Part shown: positions 10,654 to 21,715 of the stretch, piece after piece | Position numbering within the stretch: the first letter of the stretch is position 1 | How the letters are laid out: each line of letters begins with the position of its first letter | Origin: Gammaproteobacteria bacterium | GTDB taxonomy: Bacteria; Pseudomonadota; Gammaproteobacteria; HK1 | DNA: 64,000 nucleotides | Assembly (NCBI GenBank): GCA_009937425.1 | Contig: JAACFO010000006.1 | Span: 5,196-69,195 of the forward strand | Reading direction: 5' to 3' | Made by a program: the position numbers and the translations under genes | The notes under the pieces: model-generated | What the model saw: the letters and a program-made list of their open reading frames with translations, nothing else | Databases searched by the model: none | What the model was told of the DNA's origin: nothing

Positions 10654-11802
10654 ATGTTTGAATTGGTAGATGCATATAGTCAAAGCAGTGCTGTTATCCG
10701 CGTGATTGGGATAGGTGGCGGCGGCGGTAACGCCGTGGAGCACATGTTGTCGTCGAATATAGAAGGCGTCGAGTTCGTGTGCGCCAATACTGATGCCCAG
10801 GCGCTCAACAAGTCCGCGGTCCGTACCGCTTTGCAACTGGGTAACACCGTAACCAAAGGCCTGGGCGCCGGTGCGGATCCGGATATCGGGCGCCAGGCGG
10901 CACTGGAAGACCGTGACAGAATCGTCGATCTTCTCGAAGGTTCCGACATGATTTTCATCACCGCAGGCATGGGCGGCGGCACCGGAACCGGTGCATCACC
11001 CATCGTCGCGCAGCTCGCCAAGGAACTCGGGGTTCTGACCGTGGCAGTGGTCACCAAGCCCTTTCCTTTCGAGCTCAAGCGGCGCATGAAGATAGCCGAG
11101 GATGGCATTGCGGAGCTTGCTCAGCACGTGGATTCACTCATTACCGTGCCGAACGAGAAACTGTTGAACGTGCTGGGAGGCGGCATTTCGCTGCAGGATG
11201 CATTCAAGGCGGCCAACGATGTATTGCACGGAGCGGTTCAGGGCATAGCGGAACTCATCACACGTCCCGGAATGATCAACGTGGATTTCGCCGACGTGCG
11301 CACGGTCATGTCTGAAAAGGGCCGTGCCATGATGGGCTCGGGACGTGCCGTGGGTGAGGAGCGGGCGCGCAAGGCTGCTGAAGCGGCTATCGCCTGCCCG
11401 CTACTGGAAGATGTCAACTTGAGTGGCGCCAGGGGGATTCTCGTCAACGTAACCGCGGGCCCGGATCTGGGCATGGACGAGTTTGCCGCGGTCGGCGAGG
11501 CCGTCGGCGATTTTGCCTCCGATAACGCGCTGGTGGTCATCGGCACGACCCTGGACGAAGAGGTCAAGGATGAGTTGCGGGTGACGGTAGTTGCCACCGG
11601 GCTCGGTCAGGACAACGTGCGCATGGAACGTGACATGCGTCTGGTGGCTCAGGCCGCTGGCAGCGATGTGGACTACAGGCGTTTCGATATGCCGACGGTT
11701 ATGCGCAAGCAGCCGGCCAAGGAAAAGGAGCCGATCAGCGACGTGGATACGGGCTCCGAGTACCTGGATATCCCGGCCTTCCTGCGTCGCCAAGCCGACT
11801 AA
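10654..11802 (+). CDS. ftsZ: cell-division GTPase FtsZ
   Basis: It has the tubulin signature GGGTGTGA and GIGGGGGNAV. The C-terminal peptide is DIPAFLRRQAD, and a GGAGGGG Shine-Dalgarno precedes the ATG. Confidence 0.97.
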   Translation: MFELVDAYSQSSAVIRVIGIGGGGGNAVEHMLSSNIEGVEFVCANTDAQALNKSAVRTALQLGNTVTKGLGAGADPDIGRQAALEDRDRIVDLLEGSDMIFITAGMGGGTGTGASPIVAQLAKELGVLTVAVVTKPFPFELKRRMKIAEDGIAELAQHVDSLITVPNEKLLNVLGGGISLQDAFKAANDVLHGAVQGIAELITRPGMINVDFADVRTVMSEKGRAMMGSGRAVGEERARKAAEAAIACPLLEDVNLSGARGILVNVTAGPDLGMDEFAAVGEAVGDFASDNALVVIGTTLDEEVKDELRVTVVATGLGQDNVRMERDMRLVAQAAGSDVDYRRFDMPTVMRKQPAKEKEPISDVDTGSEYLDIPAFLRRQAD

Positions 11803-11846
11803 ATAGCAGTGCATGAATACACTACACCAGCGTATCAGGCTGGGTC

Positions 11847-11873
11847 CCCTCCCCCTCGTCTAGAGGGGGAGGG
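11847..11873 (+). terminator. Hairpin downstream of ftsZ: 11-bp C-tract/G-tract stem (ccctccccctc / gagggggaggg) with a 5-nt loop
   Basis: Perfect 11-bp inverted repeat 45 nt after the ftsZ stop. No U-tract follows, so a terminator role is uncertain. Confidence 0.3.
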
Positions 11874-12244
11874 ACACGGAGGGGGTGTAGACAAGGAGCG
11901 TGCAGTCGAAGGCGCACATGTAGCGGATTTCCGCCTATCTAGGAGTCGGTAAAGACCGTCTGCCCACCCCTCTTTCCGGCCCGGGGCGGGGAGCGGTCCC
12001 TCCTTTCTGGACACTCCCAGGGATCCGGCGGCACCGCTTTGCCTCCAGGGCGTCTATAGTTGTCGTTATGGTGCCTCAACTGCCGCAGCGGGACCGGTCG
12101 GTTCGCGCACCCGGACATTCTGTGCTAGCATTTTCCGCGTTCCGCGGGGTGACGACGGCGGTCTGAAACCAACCGCCGCCAGCAATAAATTGCCAAATAT
12201 ACACAATACGCGTTCCGCGTCGGTCCGGGGGGAGCACAGCAGTA

Positions 12245-13156
12245 ATGATTAGGCAGCGCACGCTGAAAAATGTTATTCGTGCCACCGGTGTTGGCTTGCA
12301 TACCGGCGAGAAAGTCTACCTCACGTTAAGGCCCGCACCCGCCAACAATGGCATCCGCTTCCGGCGCGTCGATCTCGACCCGATAGTCGAGATTAAGGCC
12401 AGTCCCGAGAATGTGGGCAGCACCTCGCTCTCGACGAGCTTGAGCGCTGACGACGTGCACGTGTCCACCGTCGAGCATCTCCTCTCGGCGATGGCGGGAC
12501 TCGGTATCGATAATGCCTTCGTGGATCTGAGCGCCGAAGAGGTGCCGATTATGGATGGCAGCGCCGGGCCGTTCGTCTTTTTGATTCAATCCGCCGGCGT
12601 CGAAGAGCAGAACGCCGCCAAGCAATTCATTCGAATCAAGCGCCCTATCAAGGTCGAAGAAGAGGACAAGTGGGCCAAGGTGGAGCCGTTCGATGGCTTT
12701 AAAGTGTCTTTTGCCATCGAGTTCAATCACCCGGTATTCCGTGAGTGCCGCAACCAGGCCACCGTGGATTTCTCCACCATCTCCTTCGTCAAGGAGGTCA
12801 GCCGGGCACGCACATTCGGATTCCGCAGCGACCTCGAAGCATTACATGCAAACAATCGTGCCCTTGGTGCGAGCGTCGACAACGCCATCGTGGTCGATGA
12901 CTACCGGGTTCTCAATGACGACGGGTTGCGCTACGACGACGAGTTCGTAAAGCACAAGGTGCTGGATGCCATCGGCGATTTGTACCTTCTCGGGCACAGC
13001 CTCATCGGTGCCTTCAGCGGTTTCAAGTCCGGGCACGCGCTCAATAACAAACTGTTGCGTGCACTTCTGGCCGATGAGAGCGCCTGGGAAATGGTGACAT
13101 TCGGCGAAGGCGTAGACGCGCCGATCATATTCATGCAACCGGTGTCAGCCGGCTGA
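12245..13156 (+). CDS. lpxC: UDP-3-O-acyl-N-acetylglucosamine deacetylase
   Basis: The 303-aa ORF starts [24 protein letters not shown]. It also has TVEHLLSA and [14 protein letters not shown]. It follows ftsZ, as in E. coli. Confidence 0.94.
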   Translation: MIRQRTLKNVIRATGVGLHTGEKVYLTLRPAPANNGIRFRRVDLDPIVEIKASPENVGSTSLSTSLSADDVHVSTVEHLLSAMAGLGIDNAFVDLSAEEVPIMDGSAGPFVFLIQSAGVEEQNAAKQFIRIKRPIKVEEEDKWAKVEPFDGFKVSFAIEFNHPVFRECRNQATVDFSTISFVKEVSRARTFGFRSDLEALHANNRALGASVDNAIVVDDYRVLNDDGLRYDDEFVKHKVLDAIGDLYLLGHSLIGAFSGFKSGHALNNKLLRALLADESAWEMVTFGEGVDAPIIFMQPVSAG

Positions 13157-13334
13157 AGGCCGGCTCCCGGGACGAGCCGATTCGGGGCTCTGGACCGGGT
13201 ACCGAATATGCGCTACAAGATTAACGACTAGCGAATAATGGCTGGGCGCGAATAGACCTACAGGGGAAGCGCGCCGGGGGCCCGGGGGTACTTAAGGGGG
13301 TATTTTCTTCCCCGGCAAGGGCCGATAAGGATAA

Positions 13335-13796
13335 TCAGTCCCGTTTTTGGCGGTCGGCTCGGCCGGCGAGCCGCATCAGGGCGCTGGCCAGGGCCTCGTT
13401 ATCCGAGTTCCTGGCGACGCTTTCGATGAGGGCCGCGGCGTGCTGTGACAGCTGCGGCGGGCGCTCCGGGGGCGCGATGGCGGGAGTTTCCGTCGGACGG
13501 GTCACGATTTGCACTCTGTGTAGCCGCGGGTTCTCCAGGCGGGTGCGCAGATGGTCTAGAATTTGAGGGGTCAGGTAGCGGACGCGGGCTGACCAGGCGG
13601 GGGATTCCGCCACCAGGGTCAGGGTCTCACGGCCTGCCCGGGCAACGCTCACACGGCCTTTGAGGGGTTCCTCCAGGAACTCGTCAAGAGCGGTGTTGGC
13701 GGCGTCCAGGCGGCGACCGGCAGTCATCAGCCGGCCGAGGGGTGTGAGCGAGCTGTCCAGGAGTTGGCGAACGGAGACGAATGGGACGCCACTCAT
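13335..13796 (-). CDS. DUF721 / DciA-like protein (putative replicative-helicase operator)
   Basis: The 153-aa ORF has the pattern ...GRVSVARAGRETLTLVAESPAWSARVRYLTPQILDHL..., typical of DUF721. It occupies the lpxC-secA slot where Pseudomonas-type genomes carry a DUF721 gene. Confidence 0.6.
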   Translation of the reverse strand: MSGVPFVSVRQLLDSSLTPLGRLMTAGRRLDAANTALDEFLEEPLKGRVSVARAGRETLTLVAESPAWSARVRYLTPQILDHLRTRLENPRLHRVQIVTRPTETPAIAPPERPPQLSQHAAALIESVARNSDNEALASALMRLAGRADRQKRD

Positions 13797-13904
13797 GTCC
13801 GTCGCCTGACAAAGAATAATCTGATCGGGTTCGCTACCTGCAGGAGCGGGAGCGGATTGTCACCGCCGGGGCGGTGTTCCCGACAACACATATAATCAGC
13901 CCGT

Positions 13905-14828
13905 ATGGAAATAATATTCATCTCCAGCAGTCGGCGTCGCGGCCGTCGAACGCACCTGGGCGGTGCGGCCTCATTATCGCTCATAGGGGCTGTGATTGCT
14001 CTGTGTGCCGGCACTTACTATCTGGGATATCGCTCGGTGCCCGTCGCGGCCGACGTCGGCCCCGAGCTGTATGCCGCCGCCTGGCAGGAAGAAGTCCGCC
14101 ACCAGCGTGACAAGGTGGATACCGCCATCAACGACTCCGAGCGCAATCTGGATGCCCTGGCCCTCAGAATGGGCGAAATTCAGTCACGGGTGGTGCGTCT
14201 GGATGCCCTGGGCAGGCGTTTGGTGGAGATGGCGAACCTGGATGCCGCGGAGTTCAGCTTCGACGACGTCCCCGCCCGCGGCGGCCCCGATATGGTCACC
14301 GAGCGCGAGCCCTTCCAGGTACCGGATTTTCTGGCCTCCCTGGAGGAGTTGGTGAGTTTGCTCGAAGATCGCGAGCCGAAGCTGGCGGTGGTGGAAGGCA
14401 CCCTCATGAACCGCAAGTTGCACGCGGAGGTTTTCCCAACCGGTCGTCCGGTGAACAAAGGCTGGATGTCCTCGGTCTTCGGCTGGCGTAACGATCCCAT
14501 GAGCGGCAAACGCGCATTTCACGAAGGTATCGATTTCGCCGGCCGCTCCAACAGTGAAGTGGTGGCGGTGGCTGCCGGAGTCGTCGTCTGGTCAGGCAGT
14601 CGCTGGGGCTTCGGTAACACCGTTGAGGTTAATCACGGCAACGGTTACTCGACGCTCTATGCGCACAATAATAAGAACCTCGTCAAAGTCGGTGAAACGG
14701 TCAAGAAGGGACAGGTGCTCGCGCTGCTCGGATCCACTGGACGCTCAAATGGACCGCACGTTCACTTCGAGGTACGCCTGAACGGCAAGGCCGTTAATCC
14801 CATCAAATTCGTGCGCGCAACGCGCTAA
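13905..14828 (+). CDS. membrane-anchored M23/LytM-family metallopeptidase
   Basis: It has an N-terminal TM helix and a coiled-coil region. The intact LytM motifs are HEGIDFAG, NGYSTLYAHN and GPHVHFEV. Confidence 0.82.
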   Translation: MEIIFISSSRRRGRRTHLGGAASLSLIGAVIALCAGTYYLGYRSVPVAADVGPELYAAAWQEEVRHQRDKVDTAINDSERNLDALALRMGEIQSRVVRLDALGRRLVEMANLDAAEFSFDDVPARGGPDMVTEREPFQVPDFLASLEELVSLLEDREPKLAVVEGTLMNRKLHAEVFPTGRPVNKGWMSSVFGWRNDPMSGKRAFHEGIDFAGRSNSEVVAVAAGVVVWSGSRWGFGNTVEVNHGNGYSTLYAHNNKNLVKVGETVKKGQVLALLGSTGRSNGPHVHFEVRLNGKAVNPIKFVRATR

Positions 14829-14950
14829 AAACCCTCGACGCTTCGACATTGATCCACACAGGGTTGCTTTTACGCGCGGCGAACCCCATTTCCCACTCCT
14901 TGTGACCCCTTGCTTCCTGGAGTCCGCGACCGCATAGCGCGATAAATGGC

Positions 14951-17710
14951 ATGATCACCAATGTAATCAGGAAAATAGTCGGCAGCCGTAACGAGCGGCA
15001 GGTCCGACGAATGCGAAAGTCGGTCGAGAGCATCAATGCCCTCGAGCCCGAGACCCAGAAGCTCTCCGACGCCGAGCTGCGCGCCAGGACCGATACTTTC
15101 CGAGAACGCCGCGGGGCCGGTGAATCCCTGGAACAGCTGCTGCCCGAGGCCTTCGCCACGGTGCGCGAGGCCGCCAGGCGCACTCTCGACATGCGTCATT
15201 TCGACGTTCAGCTCATCGGCGGCATCGCGCTGCACGAAGGGCATATCGCCGAGATGCGCACGGGTGAGGGAAAGACTCTGGTGGCCACCTTGCCTGCTTA
15301 CTTGAATGCCCTGGACGGATACGGTGTGCACATCGTTACCGTGAACGATTATCTGGCGCGCCGTGACGCGCAGTGGATGGGCCACATCTACGAGTTTCTC
15401 GGCATGCGTACCGGCGTCGTCGTGCCAGGAATGCTTCCTCAGGAAAAACAGGATGCCTATTCCGCCGACATCGTCTACGGAACCAACAACGAATACGGTT
15501 TTGACTATCTGCGCGACAACATGGCGTTCATGGCCGCGGAACGCGCCCAGGGCCGGTTGCACTACGCTATCGTCGACGAAGTGGATTCGATTCTCATCGA
15601 CGAAGCGCGCACGCCGCTGATCATCTCGGGACCGACAGATGAGAATTCCGATCTTTACGTGCGCGTCAATCGACTCATCCCATCCCTGAAGCGCCAGGAA
15701 GTGGAGGATGGACCCGGTGATTTCAGCGTCGACGAGAAGGCGAAACAGGTTTATCTCACCGAAGAGGGACATTCGCGGGTAGAAGAGCTGCTCGAAGAGG
15801 CGGGTGTGCTTGAGGCCGGGCAGAGTCTTTACGATGCCGGCAACATCGTGCTCATGCACCATCTCATGTCGGCGCTGCGCGCCCATGCACTGTTCAGTTT
15901 AAATGTCGACTACATCGTCAAGGATGGCGAAATCATCATCGTCGACGAGTTCACCGGCCGCACCATGCCGGGTCGCCGTTGGTCGGAGGGCCTGCATCAG
16001 GCGATGGAAGCAAAGGAAGGCGTGCCGATTCAAAACGAGAATCAAACCCTCGCGGCCATTACCTTTCAGAACTACTTCCGTCTTTATGACAAGCTCTCCG
16101 GGATGACGGGAACGGCGGATACCGAAGCGCCGGAATTTCTGCAGATCTATGGCCTCGAGGTCATGGTGATTCCTACACACATGAATATGGTCCGCGAGGA
16201 CTTCACCGATCTCGTGTACTTGACCGCGGGCGAGAAGTTCGACGCGATCCTCGAGGACATTCGCGACTGCCGTACCCGGGGCCAGCCGGCGCTGGTGGGT
16301 ACCGCATCCATCGATACTTCCGAGTATCTCTCGGAATTGCTGAGAAAGGAGAGCATTCCACACCAGGTGCTGAACGCCAAGCAACATGCCCGGGAAGCCG
16401 AGATCATCGTCGACGCGGGACGGCCTGGAACCATCACCATCGCCACTAACATGGCAGGCCGCGGCACCGACATTGTTCTCGGAGGCAATCTTCAGGCCGA
16501 GCTCGATCAACTCGAAGGTGCCGGCGCTGCGGAGATCGAGAACAAGCGCGCGGATTGGAATGAACGTCATGCGGCAGTCCTCGAGGCCGGAGGTCTGCAC
16601 ATCATAGGTACTGAACGCCACGAATCCCGACGCATCGACAATCAGCTTCGAGGACGTTCCGGGCGTCAGGGGGACGTGGGATCGAGCCGATTCTATCTAT
16701 CCCTGGAAGATGATTTGATGCGCATATTCGCATCCGACCGGGTGTCGGCGATTATGCAGAAGCTGGGAATGGAGAAAGGCGAAGCCATCGAACATCCCTG
16801 GGTAACCAAGGCTATCGAGAACGCCCAGCGCAAGGTCGAAGGCCGTAACTTCGACGTGCGCAAGCAGCTGTTGGAGTACGACGATGTCGCCAACGATCAG
16901 CGCAAGGAGTTTTACGCGCTGCGCAACGAGTTGATGGGTGAAGACGATGTCTCGGATCGCATTTCCCAGATACGCGAGGATGTGTTGACCGAGGTTATCG
17001 ATACGCACATTCCACCCCAGAGCCTCGACGAGCAGTGGGACGTTCCGGAGCTGGAAGAGTCGCTAAAACGCGAGTTCGACTTGGAATTGGACGTCAGCGG
17101 CTGGCTCGCCTCCGACGACTCCCTGCACGAGGAACCGCTACGGCGACGCATTCTGGACGAGGTTGTTGCGGCCTACGAAGAGAAAAAGCGCCAAGCCGGC
17201 GAAACCGTCATTCGAAACTTTGAAAAGGCGGTCATGCTGCAGGTGCTGGACTCCTTGTGGAAGGAGCATCTGGCCGCCATGGACTATCTACGCCAGGGAA
17301 TACATCTTCGCGGTTACGCGCAGAAAAACCCCAAGCAGGAGTATAAGCGTGAAGCTTTCGAGATGTTCCACAGTCTGACTGAACGCATCAAATACGAAGT
17401 CATCAATCTCGTCTCGAAGGTACGCGTGCGCGAGGAGTCCGACGTGGAGGCGATGGAGGCCCAGCGCCGGCGCAGCGCTCCCGTGTCGGCATTTCATCCC
17501 ATGGCTGACGCCCTGGCCGGCGCCATGGCCGGGAACGGTGCCGAGGCGGGTGCGGGTGAGGAGGCGGAGGGGCTGGCCACCGCCGTGGCGGACGAGCCTG
17601 CAAAGGCCAGGACGCCATTCAAACGCCCGGACCGAAAAGTCGGCCGCAACGAACCCTGTCCTTGCGGGTCGGGCAAAAAATATAAACAATGTCACGGACG
17701 TGTGAGCTGA
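14951..17710 (+). CDS. secA: preprotein translocase ATPase SecA
   Basis: The 919-aa ORF has MRTGEGKTL (Walker A) and [19 protein letters not shown]. The C-terminal zinc finger is [14 protein letters not shown]. Confidence 0.97.
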   Translation: MITNVIRKIVGSRNERQVRRMRKSVESINALEPETQKLSDAELRARTDTFRERRGAGESLEQLLPEAFATVREAARRTLDMRHFDVQLIGGIALHEGHIAEMRTGEGKTLVATLPAYLNALDGYGVHIVTVNDYLARRDAQWMGHIYEFLGMRTGVVVPGMLPQEKQDAYSADIVYGTNNEYGFDYLRDNMAFMAAERAQGRLHYAIVDEVDSILIDEARTPLIISGPTDENSDLYVRVNRLIPSLKRQEVEDGPGDFSVDEKAKQVYLTEEGHSRVEELLEEAGVLEAGQSLYDAGNIVLMHHLMSALRAHALFSLNVDYIVKDGEIIIVDEFTGRTMPGRRWSEGLHQAMEAKEGVPIQNENQTLAAITFQNYFRLYDKLSGMTGTADTEAPEFLQIYGLEVMVIPTHMNMVREDFTDLVYLTAGEKFDAILEDIRDCRTRGQPALVGTASIDTSEYLSELLRKESIPHQVLNAKQHAREAEIIVDAGRPGTITIATNMAGRGTDIVLGGNLQAELDQLEGAGAAEIENKRADWNERHAAVLEAGGLHIIGTERHESRRIDNQLRGRSGRQGDVGSSRFYLSLEDDLMRIFASDRVSAIMQKLGMEKGEAIEHPWVTKAIENAQRKVEGRNFDVRKQLLEYDDVANDQRKEFYALRNELMGEDDVSDRISQIREDVLTEVIDTHIPPQSLDEQWDVPELEESLKREFDLELDVSGWLASDDSLHEEPLRRRILDEVVAAYEEKKRQAGETVIRNFEKAVMLQVLDSLWKEHLAAMDYLRQGIHLRGYAQKNPKQEYKREAFEMFHSLTERIKYEVINLVSKVRVREESDVEAMEAQRRRSAPVSAFHPMADALAGAMAGNGAEAGAGEEAEGLATAVADEPAKARTPFKRPDRKVGRNEPCPCGSGKKYKQCHGRVS

Positions 17711-17765
17711 AAAACCGGCTGGTTTGAATCGCCCGCCCGATTGCGGGCTTCCAAGGAAGTGCTTC

Positions 17766-18986
17766 ATGGCCGTTGGACTGAGCGGGGAGATCGACCCGGA
17801 TCCTGTTGCAGGCGTACGCCTCGGTAGCGCGCCCCTGGGCGTGCGCAGCGATCCCAGAGACGATTTGACCATTATTGAGCTGGCCGCCGGAAGCCGCGCG
17901 GCAGCGGTGTTTACCCGCAATGCATTCTGTGCCGCGCCGGTAATTGTTGCCCGTGAACACCTCGGCCGCCAGGCGCCGCGCTATCTGCTTATCAATGCCG
18001 GTAATGCCAATGCCGGAACAGGCTCCCGGGGGCTGGCGGATGCGCGTAGCTGTTGCCAGGCGGTCGCCGAGCGCGGCGCTTGCTCCGCAGACGCGGTGTT
18101 GCCCTTTTCCACCGGCGTCATCGGTGAAAGCATGCCGATGACGCGCTTTCCCGAAGCCATCGACAGCGCTATCGGGGACCTCGACGAGAACGGCTGGGCC
18201 GCCGCCGCCCGCGCCATCATGACCACCGATACGGTGCCCAAGTGCATATCCCGGCACTTCGAAGTTGCAGGGCATACGCTCACGGTCACGGGCATCGTCA
18301 AGGGCTCCGGGATGATCCGGCCCGACATGGCCACCATGCTGGCCTTCGTCGCCACAGACGCCGCCGTCGAGCAATCGCTGCTGGAGGACTGTCTGGTGCG
18401 GGCCACGCAACAATCCTTCAATCGCATCACCGTGGACGGCGACACCTCCACCAACGACGCCTGTGTGCTCATGGCCAGCGGCGCCGGCGGTGCACCGAGC
18501 ATCGACGATCCATCCAGCGATGGCGCGCGCGCTCTTTGTGGGGCCGTATCGGAGGTTTGTACCTGGCTTGCGCAGTCAATTGTTCGCGACGCCGAAGGGG
18601 CGAGCAAATTCATCACCATCGCCGTGCGCGAGGGTCGCGATGAGCAGGAGTGCCTGCAACTGGCATACGCGGTTGCTCACTCACCGCTGGTCATGACCGC
18701 CATGTATGCAAGCGATGCCAATTGGGGACGCATACTCGCCGTGGTCGGGCGCGCCGGGCTCGAGGATCTGAACATCGCCGCGGTGCGCATCCACCTGGGT
18801 GATGTGTGTATTGTCGCCGACGGTGAACGGGCCGCCGATTACACCGAGGAGCGCGGCCAGGGCGCGATGGCGGTGGATGAAATCACCGTCACCATCGGTC
18901 TCGGCCGGGGTGCAGCCGAGGCCGCGGTTTGGACCTCCGATTTGTCCCACGAGTACGTCACTATCAACGCCGAGTACCGCACCTGA
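17766..18986 (+). CDS. argJ: bifunctional ornithine acetyltransferase / N-acetylglutamate synthase ArgJ
   Basis: It has the autoprocessing site PDMATMLAFV, TVDGDTSTND and the C-terminal [10 protein letters not shown]. The start was moved to ATG 17766 (MAVGLSG...), whereas the track ORF opens at 17724. Confidence 0.9.
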   Translation: MAVGLSGEIDPDPVAGVRLGSAPLGVRSDPRDDLTIIELAAGSRAAAVFTRNAFCAAPVIVAREHLGRQAPRYLLINAGNANAGTGSRGLADARSCCQAVAERGACSADAVLPFSTGVIGESMPMTRFPEAIDSAIGDLDENGWAAAARAIMTTDTVPKCISRHFEVAGHTLTVTGIVKGSGMIRPDMATMLAFVATDAAVEQSLLEDCLVRATQQSFNRITVDGDTSTNDACVLMASGAGGAPSIDDPSSDGARALCGAVSEVCTWLAQSIVRDAEGASKFITIAVREGRDEQECLQLAYAVAHSPLVMTAMYASDANWGRILAVVGRAGLEDLNIAAVRIHLGDVCIVADGERAADYTEERGQGAMAVDEITVTIGLGRGAAEAAVWTSDLSHEYVTINAEYRT

Positions 18987-19978
18987 AGCAGCGCATTCAC
19001 GTGGTCGCCGGGGTGCTCGCCGATGCGGGCGGCGCGATCCTGGTAGCCAGGCGATTCGACCATGCCCACCAGGGTGGTTTATGGGAATTTCCGGGCGGTA
19101 AGCTGGAGGCCGGCGAAGATATCCGATCGGGTCTGGCCAGAGAGCTGGCGGAGGAGATTGGTATTCGCGTGACCTCGGCACGCCCGTTGATCCGTGTGCG
19201 CCACGATTACCCGGATCGGGGTGTTCTCCTCGATGTGTGGCGGGTAAGCGGCTGGCAGGACCGGGTTCACGGCCGCGAGGGCCAGGAGTTGCGCTGGCTG
19301 AGTGTCGATGCCCTCACCGAATTGCCGATGCCGGCGGCGGACGTGCCGGTAGTCACGGCGTTGCGCCTGCCGGACACCTACCTTGTCACGCCGTCACCGG
19401 GAACCGACTGGGATGCGTTTCTGGCAGCGCTTGCTGTTGGCATCGACGCGGGCGTGGAGCTGGTTGCCTTGCGGGCCAAGGAGTTGCCGGCTCGGGATCT
19501 CGTGTCTCTATGCCGGCGGGCCGTCGATGTTTGTCGCGCGGGCGGCGCGCGCTTGCTTATCAACGGCGACCCGGCGCTGCTGGATGCGAGTGGCGCCGAC
19601 GGCGTTCATCTGGACAGCGTACGCTTGATGGCGGCGACCTCACGGCCCGTTCCAGCAGGATCCTGGCTGGCGGCTTCTTGTCACGATGCCCGGGAACTCG
19701 ACCAGGCGGCTCGCATCGGTGCCGATTTCGTCGTGCTGTCACCGGTCGCCGCAACCATCAGTCACCCGGGGGGCCGGCCGAAAGCGTCGCCTATTGGCTG
19801 GCAGCGATTTCAGCAACTGGTGGAGCGGGTCAACCTGCCGGTGTTTGCCCTCGGCGGCATGGGGCCCGAGCATCTCGCTACCGCCTGGGAGCACGGCGGC
19901 CAGGGCATCGCCGCGATACGTTCTTTGTGGCAGGGATCGGACGCGGGCAAGCAGAGCCCGCCTTCTGGACGGCGCTAA
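18983..19978 (+). CDS. Nudix (MutT-like) hydrolase fused to a ThiE/TenI-like thiamine-phosphate-synthase domain
   Basis: It has the Nudix box [24 protein letters not shown], followed by a TIM-barrel-like ThiE/TenI region (VLSPV...FALGG). The start is uncertain: TTG 18929, CTG 18983 (CTGA overlap with the argJ stop) or GTG 19001. Confidence 0.75.
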   Translation: MKQRIHVVAGVLADAGGAILVARRFDHAHQGGLWEFPGGKLEAGEDIRSGLARELAEEIGIRVTSARPLIRVRHDYPDRGVLLDVWRVSGWQDRVHGREGQELRWLSVDALTELPMPAADVPVVTALRLPDTYLVTPSPGTDWDAFLAALAVGIDAGVELVALRAKELPARDLVSLCRRAVDVCRAGGARLLINGDPALLDASGADGVHLDSVRLMAATSRPVPAGSWLAASCHDARELDQAARIGADFVVLSPVAATISHPGGRPKASPIGWQRFQQLVERVNLPVFALGGMGPEHLATAWEHGGQGIAAIRSLWQGSDAGKQSPPSGRR

Positions 19979-20298
19979 CGCTCCAGATACTGGAGCTTGT
20001 CGGTAACCTCTTCCCAATCGGCAGCGTCAGGCGGTGCGTCGATTTTCTCCGTCAAGACCGGCCAATCCTTTGAGAGCTCCGCGTTGAGTTCCAGGAAGTG
20101 CTGCTGATCTTCCCGCAGGTCGTCTTCAGAGACGATGGCGTCCACGGGGCATTCGGGCTCGCACAAGGTGCAATCGATGCATTCCTCGGGATCGATGACC
20201 AGGTAGTTCGGGCCTTCGTGGAAGCAGTCCACGGGGCATACTTCGACACAATCCGTGTACTTGCATTTGATGCAGCTTTCGAGAACGACAAATGTCAT
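19975..20298 (-). CDS. fdxA: 7Fe ([3Fe-4S][4Fe-4S]) ferredoxin, Azotobacter FdxA type
   Basis: The 107-aa ORF reads [31 protein letters not shown]...[12 protein letters not shown]. Confidence 0.92.
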   Translation of the reverse strand: MTFVVLESCIKCKYTDCVEVCPVDCFHEGPNYLVIDPEECIDCTLCEPECPVDAIVSEDDLREDQQHFLELNAELSKDWPVLTEKIDAPPDAADWEEVTDKLQYLER

Positions 20299-20435
20299 TT
20301 GTGGCTAATCCTGGTCTGTGTAGTGCGAACAACGGCATATCTTACTGTTGTTTTTCGACGCTTTCGAGTCCCGTGAAGGCTTGACCCCGGGTCGACGGTT
20401 GTCCATGTCGCAGAGTATTGCCCTCGATCTCGGGG

Positions 20436-21155
20436 TCACTGCGCATCCAGCGATGCGGCCAACGGCAGGAGACTGACGGGTAGAGGGAAATCCGGATATC
20501 TGTCGAGGAAAGCGCGGAGATTGCTTGTCGCCCCCTCCCGGTTCTCGTCACCCAGCAGTTCTTCGATGAAGCGCAGCCATGCCCGGGGGTCGTCCCTGAC
20601 GCCTGCCGCCGGCAGTGGGTTGGCGCCGGGTGCCGCCTTGCGCGCGGACCCGAGCGCCGTCGCCGGCGCCGGAAGAGATTGGACAGGGGCGCCACCGACA
20701 CTTTCGCGTTCCGCGGTCGCGGCCTTGCGCTCCTCGCGGGACTTTGCGTCGCTTTCGGTGGCGCGTTTGACAGCCGGCGGACTGGCGGCGGCAGGTTGGT
20801 CTTCCACGTCTGCCACGCTGTCCGGGGCAGGCGTGCTGATGGCCGACGGGGCGGTTCCGGCAGGTTCGCCAACCCCGACGCCGGCGTCGTCGGCGGATTC
20901 CGGCATCAGGACCACGACGCTCAGCGACAGCACGAACACCGCGGCGAGAGAGGTTGGAACCATCCAGTTACGGGCAAAGGGGCTGTGGGCCACGCGCTTG
21001 TCTGGTGCCACTGCGCGGCGGGCTTCGGCACGGATTCGCGCATCCAGTCGCGGGTCCGGCTGCTCACTGGCGCCGCGCTTATACAGGCGCGACAGCGCCG
21101 AGTCGCCCTCGAGATACTCTCGCAGCACATCGTCGTCGCGTTCTTCCGGATTCAT
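20436..21155 (-). CDS. putative single-pass anti-sigma factor
   Basis: ATG 21155 overlaps the sigma-factor stop (ATGA). The layout is a short cytoplasmic N-terminus (DDVLREYLEGD), one TM helix (LAAVFVLSLSVVVLM), a low-complexity Ala/Pro region and a roughly 50-aa C-terminal domain. The long track ORF (to 21605) is an upstream read-through of the same frame. Confidence 0.55.
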   Translation of the reverse strand: MNPEERDDDVLREYLEGDSALSRLYKRGASEQPDPRLDARIRAEARRAVAPDKRVAHSPFARNWMVPTSLAAVFVLSLSVVVLMPESADDAGVGVGEPAGTAPSAISTPAPDSVADVEDQPAAASPPAVKRATESDAKSREERKAATAERESVGGAPVQSLPAPATALGSARKAAPGANPLPAAGVRDDPRAWLRFIEELLGDENREGATSNLRAFLDRYPDFPLPVSLLPLAASLDAQ

Positions 21156-21715
21156 GACGCGTCCTTCAATGCTGCACGCAACTTCGACAGCGCGTAGCGG
21201 AGTCGGCTTTTCGCGGTTTCCCGGCCGACGCCGGATATTTCCGCGATTGTCTCCAGGGCCAGGCCAGCCTCCTCGTGGAGCAGGAAGACATCGCGTTGTT
21301 CCGCGGGCAGCTCTGCAAGCAAGGCTTGAAGGCGTGCCGCCTGTTGGCTCGAGGACAGTCGCCGCTCTGGTCCGTCCAACGGGCTTGCCGGCGCCTGCAT
21401 GCCGGACTCGTCGTCGTCCAGGGACTGAATTGCGCCGGATTTGTCCGAGCGGTATCCATCGATAACGCGATTGTGGGCGATGCGGTACAACCAGGTCGTG
21501 AACTTCGCCTGCGGCTGGTAACGCAGGCGAGCGCCGATGACGCGCATCCACACGTCCTGGAAGGTCTCTTCGGCGGTGCTGCGTTGCCGGCAATGGCGCA
21601 GGCAATAGCGAAACAGCGCACCCTTGTGGCGTGCGTAGAGCTGGTCAAAGGCGTCCGCGTCACCGTCTCGATACTGCAGCATCAATGCCTCGTCGCTCGA
21701 CTCTTCCCCGCCCAT
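21152..21715 (-). CDS. ECF (group 4) sigma-70 family RNA polymerase sigma factor
   Basis: Region 2 is FDQLYARHKGALFRYCLRH...DVWMRV. Region 4 HTH is LALETIAEISGVGRETAKSRLRYALSKLR. The start is ATG 21715 or 21751. Confidence 0.85.
   Translation of the reverse strand: MGGEESSDEALMLQYRDGDADAFDQLYARHKGALFRYCLRHCRQRSTAEETFQDVWMRVIGARLRYQPQAKFTTWLYRIAHNRVIDGYRSDKSGAIQSLDDDESGMQAPASPLDGPERRLSSSQQAARLQALLAELPAEQRDVFLLHEEAGLALETIAEISGVGRETAKSRLRYALSKLRAALKDAS

Noticed and set aside
12076-12285. A 69-aa ORF on the minus strand in the ftsZ-lpxC spacer.
   Set aside because: It overlaps the lpxC start, has no Shine-Dalgarno or recognisable motif, and its composition looks like non-coding translation.
20328-20355. 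An intrinsic-terminator-like hairpin (aacaacgg / ctgttgtt plus a T-run) upstream of fdxA.
   Set aside because: The T-tract is on the plus strand, where no plus-strand gene ends nearby. On the minus strand, which carries the anti-sigma operon end, no U-tract follows. The stem includes a G-U pair. Orientation and function are unsupported.
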